The notes under the pieces are model-generated. The model was not told where the DNA came from and did no database searches. It was given only the letters and a program-made list of their open reading frames with translations. Below are positions 36,143 through 45,768 of a DNA stretch of 64,000 bases, one piece after another. Within the stretch, counting starts at the first letter, position 1. Each line of letters opens with the position of its first letter. Both the position numbers and the translations under genes were made by a program. Source of the DNA: Promethearchaeia archaeon (GTDB lineage: Archaea; Asgardarchaeota; Lokiarchaeia; Sigyniarchaeales; SOKP01); the NCBI GenBank assembly GCA_029856125.1, contig JAHQWJ010000120.1, forward strand, positions 32,001 through 96,000. The letters are read 5' to 3'.

Positions 36143-37585
36143 TTAAATATTCCTTTCTCGTTTCCAATCAGCGTTATCGCTCGTCCTCAGGTACCACCTA
36201 AGCAATTGCTCTTTGAGATATGATTTTACTTTATCGTAAGCATAAATATCTATAAGATTGTTCGCTTCGTTAGGATCGTACATAAGATCATATAACTCTT
36301 CTTTACCTTGATCACGAATAATGAGTTTCCATAATTTAGTTCTTATCATAGCAGAACGTGCAACAGTAGAGCGATCTTCTTTAGGTATATTCGTTTTATC
36401 GTAGTAAATTCCGATTCCTGGTAGTTCTGGACTTGTAATAACGGGTTCAAAACATTGCGGTTCGCGAGGATTATATCCTCCTTCTGCAAAGACTGCATTC
36501 CTAACTTTCGTTAAATGACCTTGGAGAAGTGGAATTAAATTTTTACCAAAATGAGTGTATTGAGTGTTAATTTGAGCGATGTGCATTATAGTTGGAAAAA
36601 TATCAATAGTCTGGACGAGTTGGTCATAAATCACGTTTTTTCGTTCAATGCCGGGAATTTTTAGAATTAAGGGGATGTTAATTAAACAATCTTGAAATGC
36701 GGTCGGCCATTTCTCTGTTAAACCATAATCTCCAAGAAAATCTCCATGGTCTGCAAAAAAGGCTATTGCACTATTATCATAAGCTCCAATTTCTTTTAAT
36801 TTGTTTATTACCAAACCAAATTGGTAGTCTATGCGAGAAACCATTCCGTAATAAGTAGCAATAATTTCCTTAAAGTCTTCTTTTGTGAAGTTTTTTAAAC
36901 CGTATCTTTTTTGTAGTAATCGCATAAATTCTGGTTTGTCCTCTAATTTTGGGGGTATTGGAGCGGGAACATTTTCTCGATCGTACATAGAAAAAAAAGG
37001 TTCCTCTACTGTGTAAGGGGGATGAGGGAAGTTCATTGCTATAAATAAGCAAAAAGGTTTTACAGGATTTGAATTTAAATAGTTAATCGCTTCTTGGGTG
37101 ATATAATAATCAAAGTCTTTTGATTCTTCTTCCGTTCTTTCTCCAAAATAGAACGATTTTCTCATTGAATGATCTAGTGGGTAAGGATTCGTCTTAATCT
37201 TTCTAGTTTTGATTCTAAATCTTTTCGATATGCTATCTTTGATTGCGCCTTTTCTAAAAAGATCGTTCCTTCCAATCCATATGACTTCGTAGCCTTTTTC
37301 CTTAAGAAACTTAAAAAGATTTTCTTCATGGGGTTGTAGCAATTGGTAAAGACTTCTATGATTGTTGGAATGAACATATTGTCCCGTAAATGTACAACAT
37401 CTCGAAGGCCCACATACAGGGTTTACGGTGAAGCAGTTCGTAAAAGCAACACCGTCTTGTGCAAATTGGTCAATATTTGGTGTTTTTATTATAGAATTTC
37501 TCTTACCTTCGAGAGAGATGCAGTCTCCTCTTAGCTCATCAGCCACAAAAAATATGATATTTGGAAGAGATTTCTCGTGTTCCAT
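36143..37585 (-). CDS. Cys-type formylglycine-dependent sulfatase
   Basis: PNIIFFVADELR, CGPSR (CxPxR), FPHPPY, ADHGD.LG.YGL.EK, ELYDL..DP.E..N. Confidence 0.92.
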   Translation of the reverse strand: MEHEKSLPNIIFFVADELRGDCISLEGKRNSIIKTPNIDQFAQDGVAFTNCFTVNPVCGPSRCCTFTGQYVHSNNHRSLYQLLQPHEENLFKFLKEKGYEVIWIGRNDLFRKGAIKDSISKRFRIKTRKIKTNPYPLDHSMRKSFYFGERTEEESKDFDYYITQEAINYLNSNPVKPFCLFIAMNFPHPPYTVEEPFFSMYDRENVPAPIPPKLEDKPEFMRLLQKRYGLKNFTKEDFKEIIATYYGMVSRIDYQFGLVINKLKEIGAYDNSAIAFFADHGDFLGDYGLTEKWPTAFQDCLINIPLILKIPGIERKNVIYDQLVQTIDIFPTIMHIAQINTQYTHFGKNLIPLLQGHLTKVRNAVFAEGGYNPREPQCFEPVITSPELPGIGIYYDKTNIPKEDRSTVARSAMIRTKLWKLIIRDQGKEELYDLMYDPNEANNLIDIYAYDKVKSYLKEQLLRWYLRTSDNADWKRERNI

Positions 37586-37716
37586 AATTAACTCATTATC
37601 ATTTAGAGTTTAAAAATTTAATAACTAAGAAATGAATAACTATAGTAAAAGCAGTACTTTTACAAAATCATAGTGGATAAAAATCAAATAGGTAACTAGT
37701 AAATGGTGTTGAGATC

Positions 37717-38877
37717 ATGAATTCGAGAGAGAGAGTAAATATAACATTAAACCATAAAGAACCGGACAAAGTCCCGATTGATTTAGGTGGCAATCAATCA
37801 AGTATCCATGTCATAGCTTACAAAAAATTGCTTGAATACCTTGAAATTGAAGACGAAAACATACAATACGCAGATTTCGTTCAACAGATTGTGGCACCTT
37901 GCGAAAAAATTTTAGAAAGATTCCAAATTGATGTAAGGTACATCCAGCCTTTAGGGGGGATGATTAGGGTTCAAGACATGAAACCAGAAGTTGAACAAAA
38001 ATATATAGGCCAATACGACCAATTTGGTGTGTTTTGGGGAAATGATGCTAAAAAGAATATAGCTGACATTTTATACTACGATCCTGTTATTCATCCCTTT
38101 GCAGATTTTAAATCGGTAAGTGAAGTGAAGAATTACGATTGGCCAGATGGGCTGGAAAAGACTCCTTTCGTTGGTTTGAAAGATTACGCAAGCAAATTGC
38201 ACGCAAAAACAGATTTTGCCTTATCAACACCTCCAGTGGGTTGCGTTTACGAATATTGCACCTTCTTATTCGGATTCACCAAAACGCTAAGATATTTGAG
38301 AACTAAGCCAGAAATCATAGTTTCAGCTATGGAAGAGCTTTTAAGGTATTGGACTAATTACGTTTCAACATTTCTAGACGAAGTAGGTGGCTATTTAGAT
38401 GTGGTATGTATTAATGGTGACCTCGCAGAGCAAGCAGGACCTATTATGAGCATTAAACTTTACGAAAAAATGATTAAACCATTAGAACGAAAACTATCAG
38501 AAAAGATACATGAATTAGTAGATGCTAAAATAAATTATCATTCTTGTGGCTCAATAGCTCAATTTATTCCTCACTTCGCTGAAATTGGATATGATATCGT
38601 TAATCCAGTTCAAATAAGCGCTTACGATATGGAACCCTGTTCTCTGAAAAAACGATTTGGGAGTTTTATGTCGTTCTGGGGAGGCTTATGCAACTCACAA
38701 AAAACTTTACCCTTTGGAACTCCTGAACAGGTTAGAGAAGAAGTAAGAAGAAACTTCGAATGCTTGAAGCCAGGAGGAGGTTTTATAGCGTCAAGCATTC
38801 ATAACATCACAGCTGAAGTCCCTCCTCAAAATATAGTAGCAATGTTTGATGCAGCTAATGAGTTCGGAAATTATTAA
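37717..38877 (+). CDS. UroD/MtaA-like protein
   Basis: MNSRERV..TLNHKEPDKVPIDLGG, GDLA.Q, YHSCG, NPVQ, FWGG, GGGFI.S..HNI..EVPPQNI. Confidence 0.9.
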   Translation: MNSRERVNITLNHKEPDKVPIDLGGNQSSIHVIAYKKLLEYLEIEDENIQYADFVQQIVAPCEKILERFQIDVRYIQPLGGMIRVQDMKPEVEQKYIGQYDQFGVFWGNDAKKNIADILYYDPVIHPFADFKSVSEVKNYDWPDGLEKTPFVGLKDYASKLHAKTDFALSTPPVGCVYEYCTFLFGFTKTLRYLRTKPEIIVSAMEELLRYWTNYVSTFLDEVGGYLDVVCINGDLAEQAGPIMSIKLYEKMIKPLERKLSEKIHELVDAKINYHSCGSIAQFIPHFAEIGYDIVNPVQISAYDMEPCSLKKRFGSFMSFWGGLCNSQKTLPFGTPEQVREEVRRNFECLKPGGGFIASSIHNITAEVPPQNIVAMFDAANEFGNY

Positions 38878-38921
38878 TAGAAGATTTTTAAGCTAATAAT
38901 TAATTTCAATGCAATAGAGTT

Positions 38922-39779
38922 ATGCAGTATAAAATTTTTGATGCACACTTGCATACATATGGCACTTTTCTCGCAAAGGATGAGGATCTCCTCTCATATT
39001 TGGATAGACATAATGTCGAAAAGGCAATAATAACTACTGTCAATAGAGCAGCGAGTTCTAAAATTTACACTAATGACGATAATGGAAACGGAGAAGGTGT
39101 ATCTAATGAAAATCGCGTTAAAAAAGCTTTTGAAAATTTGAGAAAAATGATGCCTAAGGATCAATTAGATCATCAGGATGTCATAAATATTTCAAATTTA
39201 GATCCTGAAAGATTTTTCAAATTCTTTTGGTTCAATCCTAAAATTGATCGAGATGAGGAAGAAAAAAACTATAAGATATTAGAAAACCATTTTAAGCGGG
39301 GATTTTGTGGAGTAAAAATCCATTCAGGAATTCATCTAATAAAAGTTCCGAGAGATATAATGAAACTGGCTTCTTTTATGCAAGAATATAACAAGAATTT
39401 TCCCTTATACATTCACTTTACACCGAAATTTTCAGCTTTTGGAGGGATTTCCTCGAAAGATCTTGCTAAATTAGCGCAAAGTTTTCCAGACTTAAAAATT
39501 ATTTTGGGGCATGCAGGACTAGCCATGGAGTTTGCGATAGACTTTGGATTGAGTTTAAAACAATACAAAAACATCTACTTTGAAACTTCATGTTCAATAC
39601 CATACGCAATATTAAGTTTAGTTAAGATGATTGGTCATAAAAGAATTTTATTTGGATCAGATGCGCCCGTCACTAATCCTATTCAACTTGAAATAGATAA
39701 AATAATTTGTTTACCAATATCAAATAATATCAAACAAGATATTTTCTATAACAATACTAACAATTTAATTTTAAATTAA
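38922..39779 (+). CDS. Amidohydrolase (Amidohydro_2 type) metalloenzyme
   Basis: DAHLH, GVKIH, YIH, ILGHAG, YFETS, ILFGSDAP. Confidence 0.9.
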   Translation: MQYKIFDAHLHTYGTFLAKDEDLLSYLDRHNVEKAIITTVNRAASSKIYTNDDNGNGEGVSNENRVKKAFENLRKMMPKDQLDHQDVINISNLDPERFFKFFWFNPKIDRDEEEKNYKILENHFKRGFCGVKIHSGIHLIKVPRDIMKLASFMQEYNKNFPLYIHFTPKFSAFGGISSKDLAKLAQSFPDLKIILGHAGLAMEFAIDFGLSLKQYKNIYFETSCSIPYAILSLVKMIGHKRILFGSDAPVTNPIQLEIDKIICLPISNNIKQDIFYNNTNNLILN

Positions 39780-39991
39780 TGATACGACTATCGATAAATT
39801 TTATTTTTGTTAGGTAATCTTTCAGAAAATCATCGGGTATTCCACGTATATTAATCAATTAATTAGTACTTACTTGAATATAATTGTCAAAAAAATACGT
39901 ATGGATTTAGTTAATTATTCTTGTTTTAATAATACACTATTTAAGGGTAATTGTGTAATTTAAAATTATACTTAAGAATAAATTATATCGA

Positions 39992-40546
39992 GTGTATACT
40001 GTGAAAAATTTAGGGGATGATATCAACAACACAGATAATCCTAATTGGGATGTCATTGAAGTTTCAAAAGTTAACGACAAAATAATTATGAAGCTTTTAA
40101 GTTATCTGAAATATGATGTATCGGAAAAATTCTTTATTTCTTTTGAAAGTCTTTTGAAGTTGGGGAATAGAGTCCCAGAAGCAACGATCAGAAATATTGT
40201 TGAAGAATTGGACCAATCTCACGATTTCAAAAAAGAATTGTTTCAGTTTATTCTCAATTTTATAAACAATGAAGCTGTAGAATACCATTTACTACCACAA
40301 ATATATAGCCCCGATTTTATTGTTAGGGCTCGAGCTATAATGAAAATTAAAGAGAACGACGATGTAAGATATATTAAATTCTTGCTTCCTTTATTAGACG
40401 ACCCAGATGATTCGGTAAGGTGGAGTGTCATTAAATTTTTATCAAAGCACAACAAAAATCCTATAATTTATTCTGAATTGAAGAATCATTTAAGTAAAGA
40501 ATTAAACCCAATTATATACGATAATCTAAAAGAAATTTTTGAATAG
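39992..40546 (+). CDS. HEAT-repeat protein
   Basis: DFIVRARAI..., LLPLLDDPDDSVRWSVIKFL. Confidence 0.75.
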   Translation: MYTVKNLGDDINNTDNPNWDVIEVSKVNDKIIMKLLSYLKYDVSEKFFISFESLLKLGNRVPEATIRNIVEELDQSHDFKKELFQFILNFINNEAVEYHLLPQIYSPDFIVRARAIMKIKENDDVRYIKFLLPLLDDPDDSVRWSVIKFLSKHNKNPIIYSELKNHLSKELNPIIYDNLKEIFE

Positions 40547-40628
40547 GAATAAAGCTCTTATTTTTTAATTCTTATCTCTCCTCTTTAATTTGTTCTTTGA
40601 TATCTCATTTTACACAAAAAGTAAAGAA

Positions 40629-40670
40629 TTAAAAACACCATTTTTAATTATATATATAAAATGGTTTTAA
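40629..40670. promoter_or_regulatory. Inverted repeat enclosing a TATA-like core upstream of the GTPase-TrmB operon
   Basis: TTAAAA(aca)CCATTTT-taattatatatat-AAAATGGTTTTAA. Confidence 0.4.
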
Positions 40671-40765
40671 GACCCAAAATATGAAATTTTTATTAAAATC
40701 TAGCCTTTACTTAATTTTATGTAATCCGGTTGAAGGTATAAAAAAAATTTACAAAGGTGTTAAAG

Positions 40766-41296
40766 ATGTCGTCGTATGACTATACATTTAAAATATTACT
40801 GCTTGGTGACGCATCGGTTGGTAAAACTTCTTTCACTAAACGATATTGTTATAATGTTTTTAATCCTAGCGAGCGATTAACTATAGGAGTTGATTTTCAT
40901 GTCAAAACTATTGAGTTACAGGAAAAAAAAATAAAACTCCAAATCTGGGACGTTGGAGGTGAGGAAAGATTTAGATTCTTACTTCCTACATATTGTTTGG
41001 GTGCAAATGCTGCATTTTTACTTTACGATGTCACAAGAACTCAAACTCTTGACAATATCAGTGAATGGACTAATATTGTTCACCAGAAAGGAGGCCTTAT
41101 ACCAATTATGCTTGTTGGGTCCAAAATCGATCTTATCGATACTCCACGCGAAGTCTCTCGAGAATACGGGATACAAATTGCTGAAAAGAATAATATGGCC
41201 TCATTTGGTGAAATATCCAGCAAAACAGGCCAAAATGTAAATAAAACATTTGAGGTTCTAACGGAGCTTACGTTAGAAAAAATTGAAAATAGGTGA
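40766..41296 (+). CDS. Rab-like small GTPase with atypical G3/G4 motifs
   Basis: GDASVGKTS, TIGVDF, KLQIWDVGGEERF, LLYDVT, GSKID, SSK; ATG at 40766 after AGGTG (alternative GTG at 40757). Confidence 0.95.
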   Translation: MSSYDYTFKILLLGDASVGKTSFTKRYCYNVFNPSERLTIGVDFHVKTIELQEKKIKLQIWDVGGEERFRFLLPTYCLGANAAFLLYDVTRTQTLDNISEWTNIVHQKGGLIPIMLVGSKIDLIDTPREVSREYGIQIAEKNNMASFGEISSKTGQNVNKTFEVLTELTLEKIENR

Positions 41297-41300
41297 TTTG

Positions 41301-42263
41301 ATGTCTGACCGTGAATTTTTAGCTCTCAGTTCTCTATTCGATGCTATAGGAATAATAGAAAAAGGTATCGAGAAAATATATCACTATTTACTTGAACATA
41401 AGAGAATTGACAACTTAAATGAGGTCAGCACACAATTTAATTTGACCCTAAAAAGAGGATACAAAATTTGTGCGGTTCTGAGCGATTTAGGATTAGTCCA
41501 AATTTACGATCGCCCAATGAAAATTCACTTAGCAACTCCACCTATCTCCATATGGCAAACTATTATTAACGAAAGAATTGAGGAATTGTCTCAACTGTTC
41601 CAAGAGAAAAAAGAGAACGCAGAGAATTCGTTATCCAATTTTATTAAAAATTATAATTTGAGTGAGCAAATAACTCAAGAGTTCGTAGAGTTCGTAAATT
41701 ACAACCTTAAAAATATTGGAGAGACCTATCACTCGTTTTTAGCTGAAGAAGAATGCAAAATCGCCTTAGGTATCCGATATGAAAATGAATTTAGTTCAGT
41801 AATTAAAAAATACGGGATTTCTAGTATCCCTGAAGATTTAAGTGAATCTATGCGATCAGGCATAACAAAAATTAAAGAAAACTTAATCAATATTGATATC
41901 CAGGTAATTTTTAGTACTGAAGTAATTAAAGAATTATTGCTGAGTGAAGAATTTCAACTGGTTTCCAATTATCTCAAATCTTACGATTTACTTTTTAAAA
42001 ATATCTCTGTTCGTGTTACGGATGATGATTTCAGTAATTTTAATTTAACTAATAGTGAATTGGTTCAACCAAGTTTTGATCCTACAAACAAGTTGATAGG
42101 AGCTTACATATCGCGAAATACAAATATTTATCAAATTTTCTACGAGAAATTTAACGAACTGTACGAAAAAGGTATTCCATTAACACAATTTCTAAAAGAA
42201 CAGAGCGATATTAAAGAAGAAACTTATTCTAAAACACAATTATTTGGTTTGTGCTTGTTATAA
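41301..42263 (+). CDS. TrmB-like HTH transcriptional regulator
   Basis: IG...G.EKIY.YLL......L.EVS..F.L....GY.I...L...GLV.....P..I....P wHTH, then a coiled coil and an effector-like domain; ATG at 41301 follows AGGTGA, which contains the GTPase stop. Confidence 0.65.
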   Translation: MSDREFLALSSLFDAIGIIEKGIEKIYHYLLEHKRIDNLNEVSTQFNLTLKRGYKICAVLSDLGLVQIYDRPMKIHLATPPISIWQTIINERIEELSQLFQEKKENAENSLSNFIKNYNLSEQITQEFVEFVNYNLKNIGETYHSFLAEEECKIALGIRYENEFSSVIKKYGISSIPEDLSESMRSGITKIKENLINIDIQVIFSTEVIKELLLSEEFQLVSNYLKSYDLLFKNISVRVTDDDFSNFNLTNSELVQPSFDPTNKLIGAYISRNTNIYQIFYEKFNELYEKGIPLTQFLKEQSDIKEETYSKTQLFGLCLL

Positions 42264-42317
42264 AAATGCATTTTTAAAGTTCCTATATAAAAAAAAAAAA
42301 GATGAATAATTTCGAAT

Positions 42318-42761
42318 TTAGTCATATCTTTTGTATGTCATTAGTAACCAGATAAAACCTATAACGCCAACGATTGCCGCAACAATTGTCACATAATTTG
42401 GCCAATATGTGAGGTCAAATGACCCTGGAGCAGATATCCATCCTACTATTGCAGTAATACCAACTGCTGCCATTATGCTAAGAACTACCAATCCCATTCC
42501 CATTGCATATTCTTCTTCTTTAAACATGCCTATCCCCGATATTAGACACCAGAAGCCTAACAACAATGAAACTATACCTTGACCACCGAAAATTGAAAGC
42601 GCTTCAGCAACTCCTGTTCCTGAAAGCCATCCTGGAGCATAAATACCTGCCCAGGCTAAAAGCTCCATAACAGCTTTAAAGATAAATAGTAGACCAATTA
42701 TAATCATTAAAAAATTTAAAAGTTCGTTCGAATCTTTCTCCTTTACTTTTTTTTCGCTCAT
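42318..42761 (-). CDS. Hypothetical 4-TM membrane protein
   Basis: Four Gly-rich hydrophobic segments with charged termini. Confidence 0.75.
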   Translation of the reverse strand: MSEKKVKEKDSNELLNFLMIIIGLLFIFKAVMELLAWAGIYAPGWLSGTGVAEALSIFGGQGIVSLLLGFWCLISGIGMFKEEEYAMGMGLVVLSIMAAVGITAIVGWISAPGSFDLTYWPNYVTIVAAIVGVIGFIWLLMTYKRYD

Positions 42762-42962
42762 TTTGTGATAAACCTTTTTATTTGTAAATAAAATTAGATG
42801 TTGAGTATGAAAATAACTTCATATATATATAAATTTATTTTATTGAGATTATAAATCCAAATTTGAGTATCTTCAAAATTCATTAGTTTTAATTAAGTAA
42901 AATTATTTAAATTTTAAAGACAATTTAGTGTAAGCTATTTAGTTTTTTTGTTATAGTTAGAA

Positions 42963-43949
42963 ATGGAAAAGTTCTTATCACCAGAAACAATATACTCTGG
43001 CTTGAAAAATAAAGAAATTGATAGGGCTATCGCTGTTGATCAATTGATTTCTTTAATTGAAGTGAGTAATAATCCAAAAACTCGCTCTGAATCAATAACC
43101 GTTTTGAATCAACTAAAAATTCACGATCCAAAGCTATTCAAAGTTATAGAAAGTTCTCTTTTATCGGATGAAGATCCATATGTTAGAAGGTCTGCTGTTG
43201 ACCTAATTGGTCATCAATTTTTAAAAGAAGGGTTAGATATACTAACGTGGGTGGTCCAACACGAAAAATCACCACTTGTACTGAAAGCTATTTTTGATCT
43301 AAACTTAGATCTAACTAACACGCGATTTAAATCACTAAATAAAGAGTTAAATGAATATTTAGCAAAAATCGCTTTAGTTGTAGGTATTGTTTCAAACGAG
43401 GCAAAATTTATTTTAGATTTAGAAGCCCTTTTTGCTCAAAGCGAGGAGAATTACGTTCTAGAGTTGACTTCATATCAATTTTATACGAAACTTATAGATT
43501 CTAAACTTGGAGAATTTTGGTTAACAATAAAAAACAAACACATTGAGTCTTTAAGCTTTAACTTTTTTAATTGGAATTATGTGAAACAAAATCCTGGTCT
43601 GTTTAATTCTATATCCAATTTACAGGATCCCGTTATATACTTAAATTTATTAGGAAAAATCTATTCACTATATAATAAAAATCTTAAAATACCTGAATCA
43701 ATTTCACTACTTACAAAACTCAGAAAATTGAATTTAAGCAAAAATTTCATTATTAAATTACCAAAATCTATGTTTTTGCTTTCTAATCTTATATATTTAG
43801 ATTTAAGTTATAACATGTTGGATGAAATCCCAGAAGAAATTACGAATTTAAAATCTTTAACTAGTTTAAGAATTCAAAATAATCAAATCAGTAAAATTCC
43901 TAAAGAAGTAAGTGAGTATTTAGATAAGCTGAGCACTTATAAGATTTAA
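42963..43949 (+). CDS. HEAT-repeat plus leucine-rich-repeat protein
   Basis: LLSDEDPYVRRSAVDLI (HEAT); C-terminal LRRs IPESISLLTKLRKLNLSKNFIIKLP, LSNLIYLDLSYNMLDEIP, LKSLTSLRIQNNQISKIP. Confidence 0.88.
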   Translation: MEKFLSPETIYSGLKNKEIDRAIAVDQLISLIEVSNNPKTRSESITVLNQLKIHDPKLFKVIESSLLSDEDPYVRRSAVDLIGHQFLKEGLDILTWVVQHEKSPLVLKAIFDLNLDLTNTRFKSLNKELNEYLAKIALVVGIVSNEAKFILDLEALFAQSEENYVLELTSYQFYTKLIDSKLGEFWLTIKNKHIESLSFNFFNWNYVKQNPGLFNSISNLQDPVIYLNLLGKIYSLYNKNLKIPESISLLTKLRKLNLSKNFIIKLPKSMFLLSNLIYLDLSYNMLDEIPEEITNLKSLTSLRIQNNQISKIPKEVSEYLDKLSTYKI

Positions 43950-44040
43950 ACTCCTTGACATTTTTGTTAAAGGTAATTTTTTAAGCAATAAAAACCAATT
44001 TTAAAATCAATATAACAATTTAAGAGAAAGGTGCAAAAAT

Positions 44041-45753
44041 TTGGAGGAAAAAAAAAATATTATAAATGGTGGCGATGTCCTTGTCAAATCCTTACTTGAA
44101 GAAGATGTCAAATATATGTTTGGACTTATTGGTGGCCAGTTTTTAGCTATGTTTGATGCAGTATACAAGTGGGGGCGCGAAAAAGGAATCAATACTGTTA
44201 TGTTTAGACACGAACAGGCAGCAGCACACGCAGCTGACGCTTGGGCAAGAGTGACCAATAAACCGGGTATTTGTTTCGGAACTGTTGGTCCTGGGGCAAC
44301 TCACCTCGTTCCAGGAGTGGGTGCAGCATGGAGTGATAACATACCTTTGATAGTTATAGTACCTCAAGTAAATAGTAAATTTTCTGATTCGTTTACTCTG
44401 CAGGGAAACCTTGACCAAGTTACTATGTTTAAACCAATTACGAAGTATCAGAAATCAGTTCGCACTATAGAAGAAATTCCTAATGCTGTTCAAAAAGTTT
44501 TCAGAGAGGCTACTAGCGGACGACCAAGACCAGTATTATTAGAGATTTACGAGGATGCATTTCTCAGTCAGAAAGAAGAAAGCGAAATTCATATAATATC
44601 TCCTGATCAGTATCGATGCTTTGAGAAACCCGCAGTTAGCAATGAAGTAATCCAAAAATCACTTGAGATGTTATTAAAGGCTGAGAAACCGTTAATTGTC
44701 TCTGGAGGTGGAGTTTCAAGATCAGGAGGATGGGAAGAACTACGAGAATTTGCCGAATATTTAAAAATTCCTGTTATGACAAGTCTTATGGGTGTTGGAA
44801 CCATCTCAAGTAAGTCAGAAAGTTTTATTGGAACAACTATAAATGGTCCAGGTCTAAAAGCAGGCCCCGAAGCAGATGTAGTTCTTGCTCTCGGATGCAA
44901 ATTCAGCTATATTATGGGACATGGTGCTGAACCATTCTGGCGCAATTCTCAAAAGATGATACAGGTAGATATTGATTCTACTATAATAGGACGAGCAAAA
45001 CCTATTACTTTAGGTGTGGTAAGCGATTGCAAACAATTTTTAAAACAAATTCTTGAAACGGCTAAAAAGACGAAAAAAGTTGAGCAAAGAGATTGGTTAG
45101 ATGTATTAGCTAAATCGAGACAAGACTACATAAGCAGCATTATGAAAAAAGCAACAAAAGATAAGATCCCAATTTTACCTCAAAGATTAGTCAAGGATGT
45201 TTTAGAATTCATGGATGAGGATGCGATATTCATTAACGATGGTGGGGATATCGCTTGTTACTCAATAGAACAAATAGATTTTTATAAACCAAGACCGCCA
45301 CTCTCCTTCTTGCAAGCTGTTGGCATGGGTCATCTTGGGACTTCGGTAGGGTACGGAATTGGAGCGAAGTTAGCAAAACCGGATAAACAGGTTATTTCAA
45401 TATCCGGTGATGGTAGTTTCTTGATGAATATTCAAGACTTAGAAACTGCTGTAAGATTAGGTTTAAGTAATCTAATTTTTGTGATAGCAAATAATAGTGC
45501 TTGGGGGATGCTCAAATCAGGTCAAAAATTATTTGTAGACAAACATTATATTGATGTTGAGTTGCCTGAATTTGATTTTGCTAGATGTGCTGAAGGATTT
45601 GGGTGTTATGGAGAGGTTGTGACGGATCCAAATGATATTCAACCAGCACTAGAAAGAGCTAAGAATTCCGGAAAACCAGCTGTAATAGATGTTAAAACTG
45701 CTTGGACAATCCCAGATGCGACAAAACTTTTAGGAAGCATGGGTATACTTTAA
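44041..45753 (+). CDS. TPP-dependent enzyme, acetolactate synthase / 2-hydroxyacyl-CoA lyase superfamily
   Basis: RHEQAAAHAADAWAR, GPGAT, GRPRPV, GDGSF-x-NNSAWG TPP motif. Confidence 0.9.
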   Translation: MEEKKNIINGGDVLVKSLLEEDVKYMFGLIGGQFLAMFDAVYKWGREKGINTVMFRHEQAAAHAADAWARVTNKPGICFGTVGPGATHLVPGVGAAWSDNIPLIVIVPQVNSKFSDSFTLQGNLDQVTMFKPITKYQKSVRTIEEIPNAVQKVFREATSGRPRPVLLEIYEDAFLSQKEESEIHIISPDQYRCFEKPAVSNEVIQKSLEMLLKAEKPLIVSGGGVSRSGGWEELREFAEYLKIPVMTSLMGVGTISSKSESFIGTTINGPGLKAGPEADVVLALGCKFSYIMGHGAEPFWRNSQKMIQVDIDSTIIGRAKPITLGVVSDCKQFLKQILETAKKTKKVEQRDWLDVLAKSRQDYISSIMKKATKDKIPILPQRLVKDVLEFMDEDAIFINDGGDIACYSIEQIDFYKPRPPLSFLQAVGMGHLGTSVGYGIGAKLAKPDKQVISISGDGSFLMNIQDLETAVRLGLSNLIFVIANNSAWGMLKSGQKLFVDKHYIDVELPEFDFARCAEGFGCYGEVVTDPNDIQPALERAKNSGKPAVIDVKTAWTIPDATKLLGSMGIL

Positions 45754-45768
45754 ATAAGGTGTTTCATC

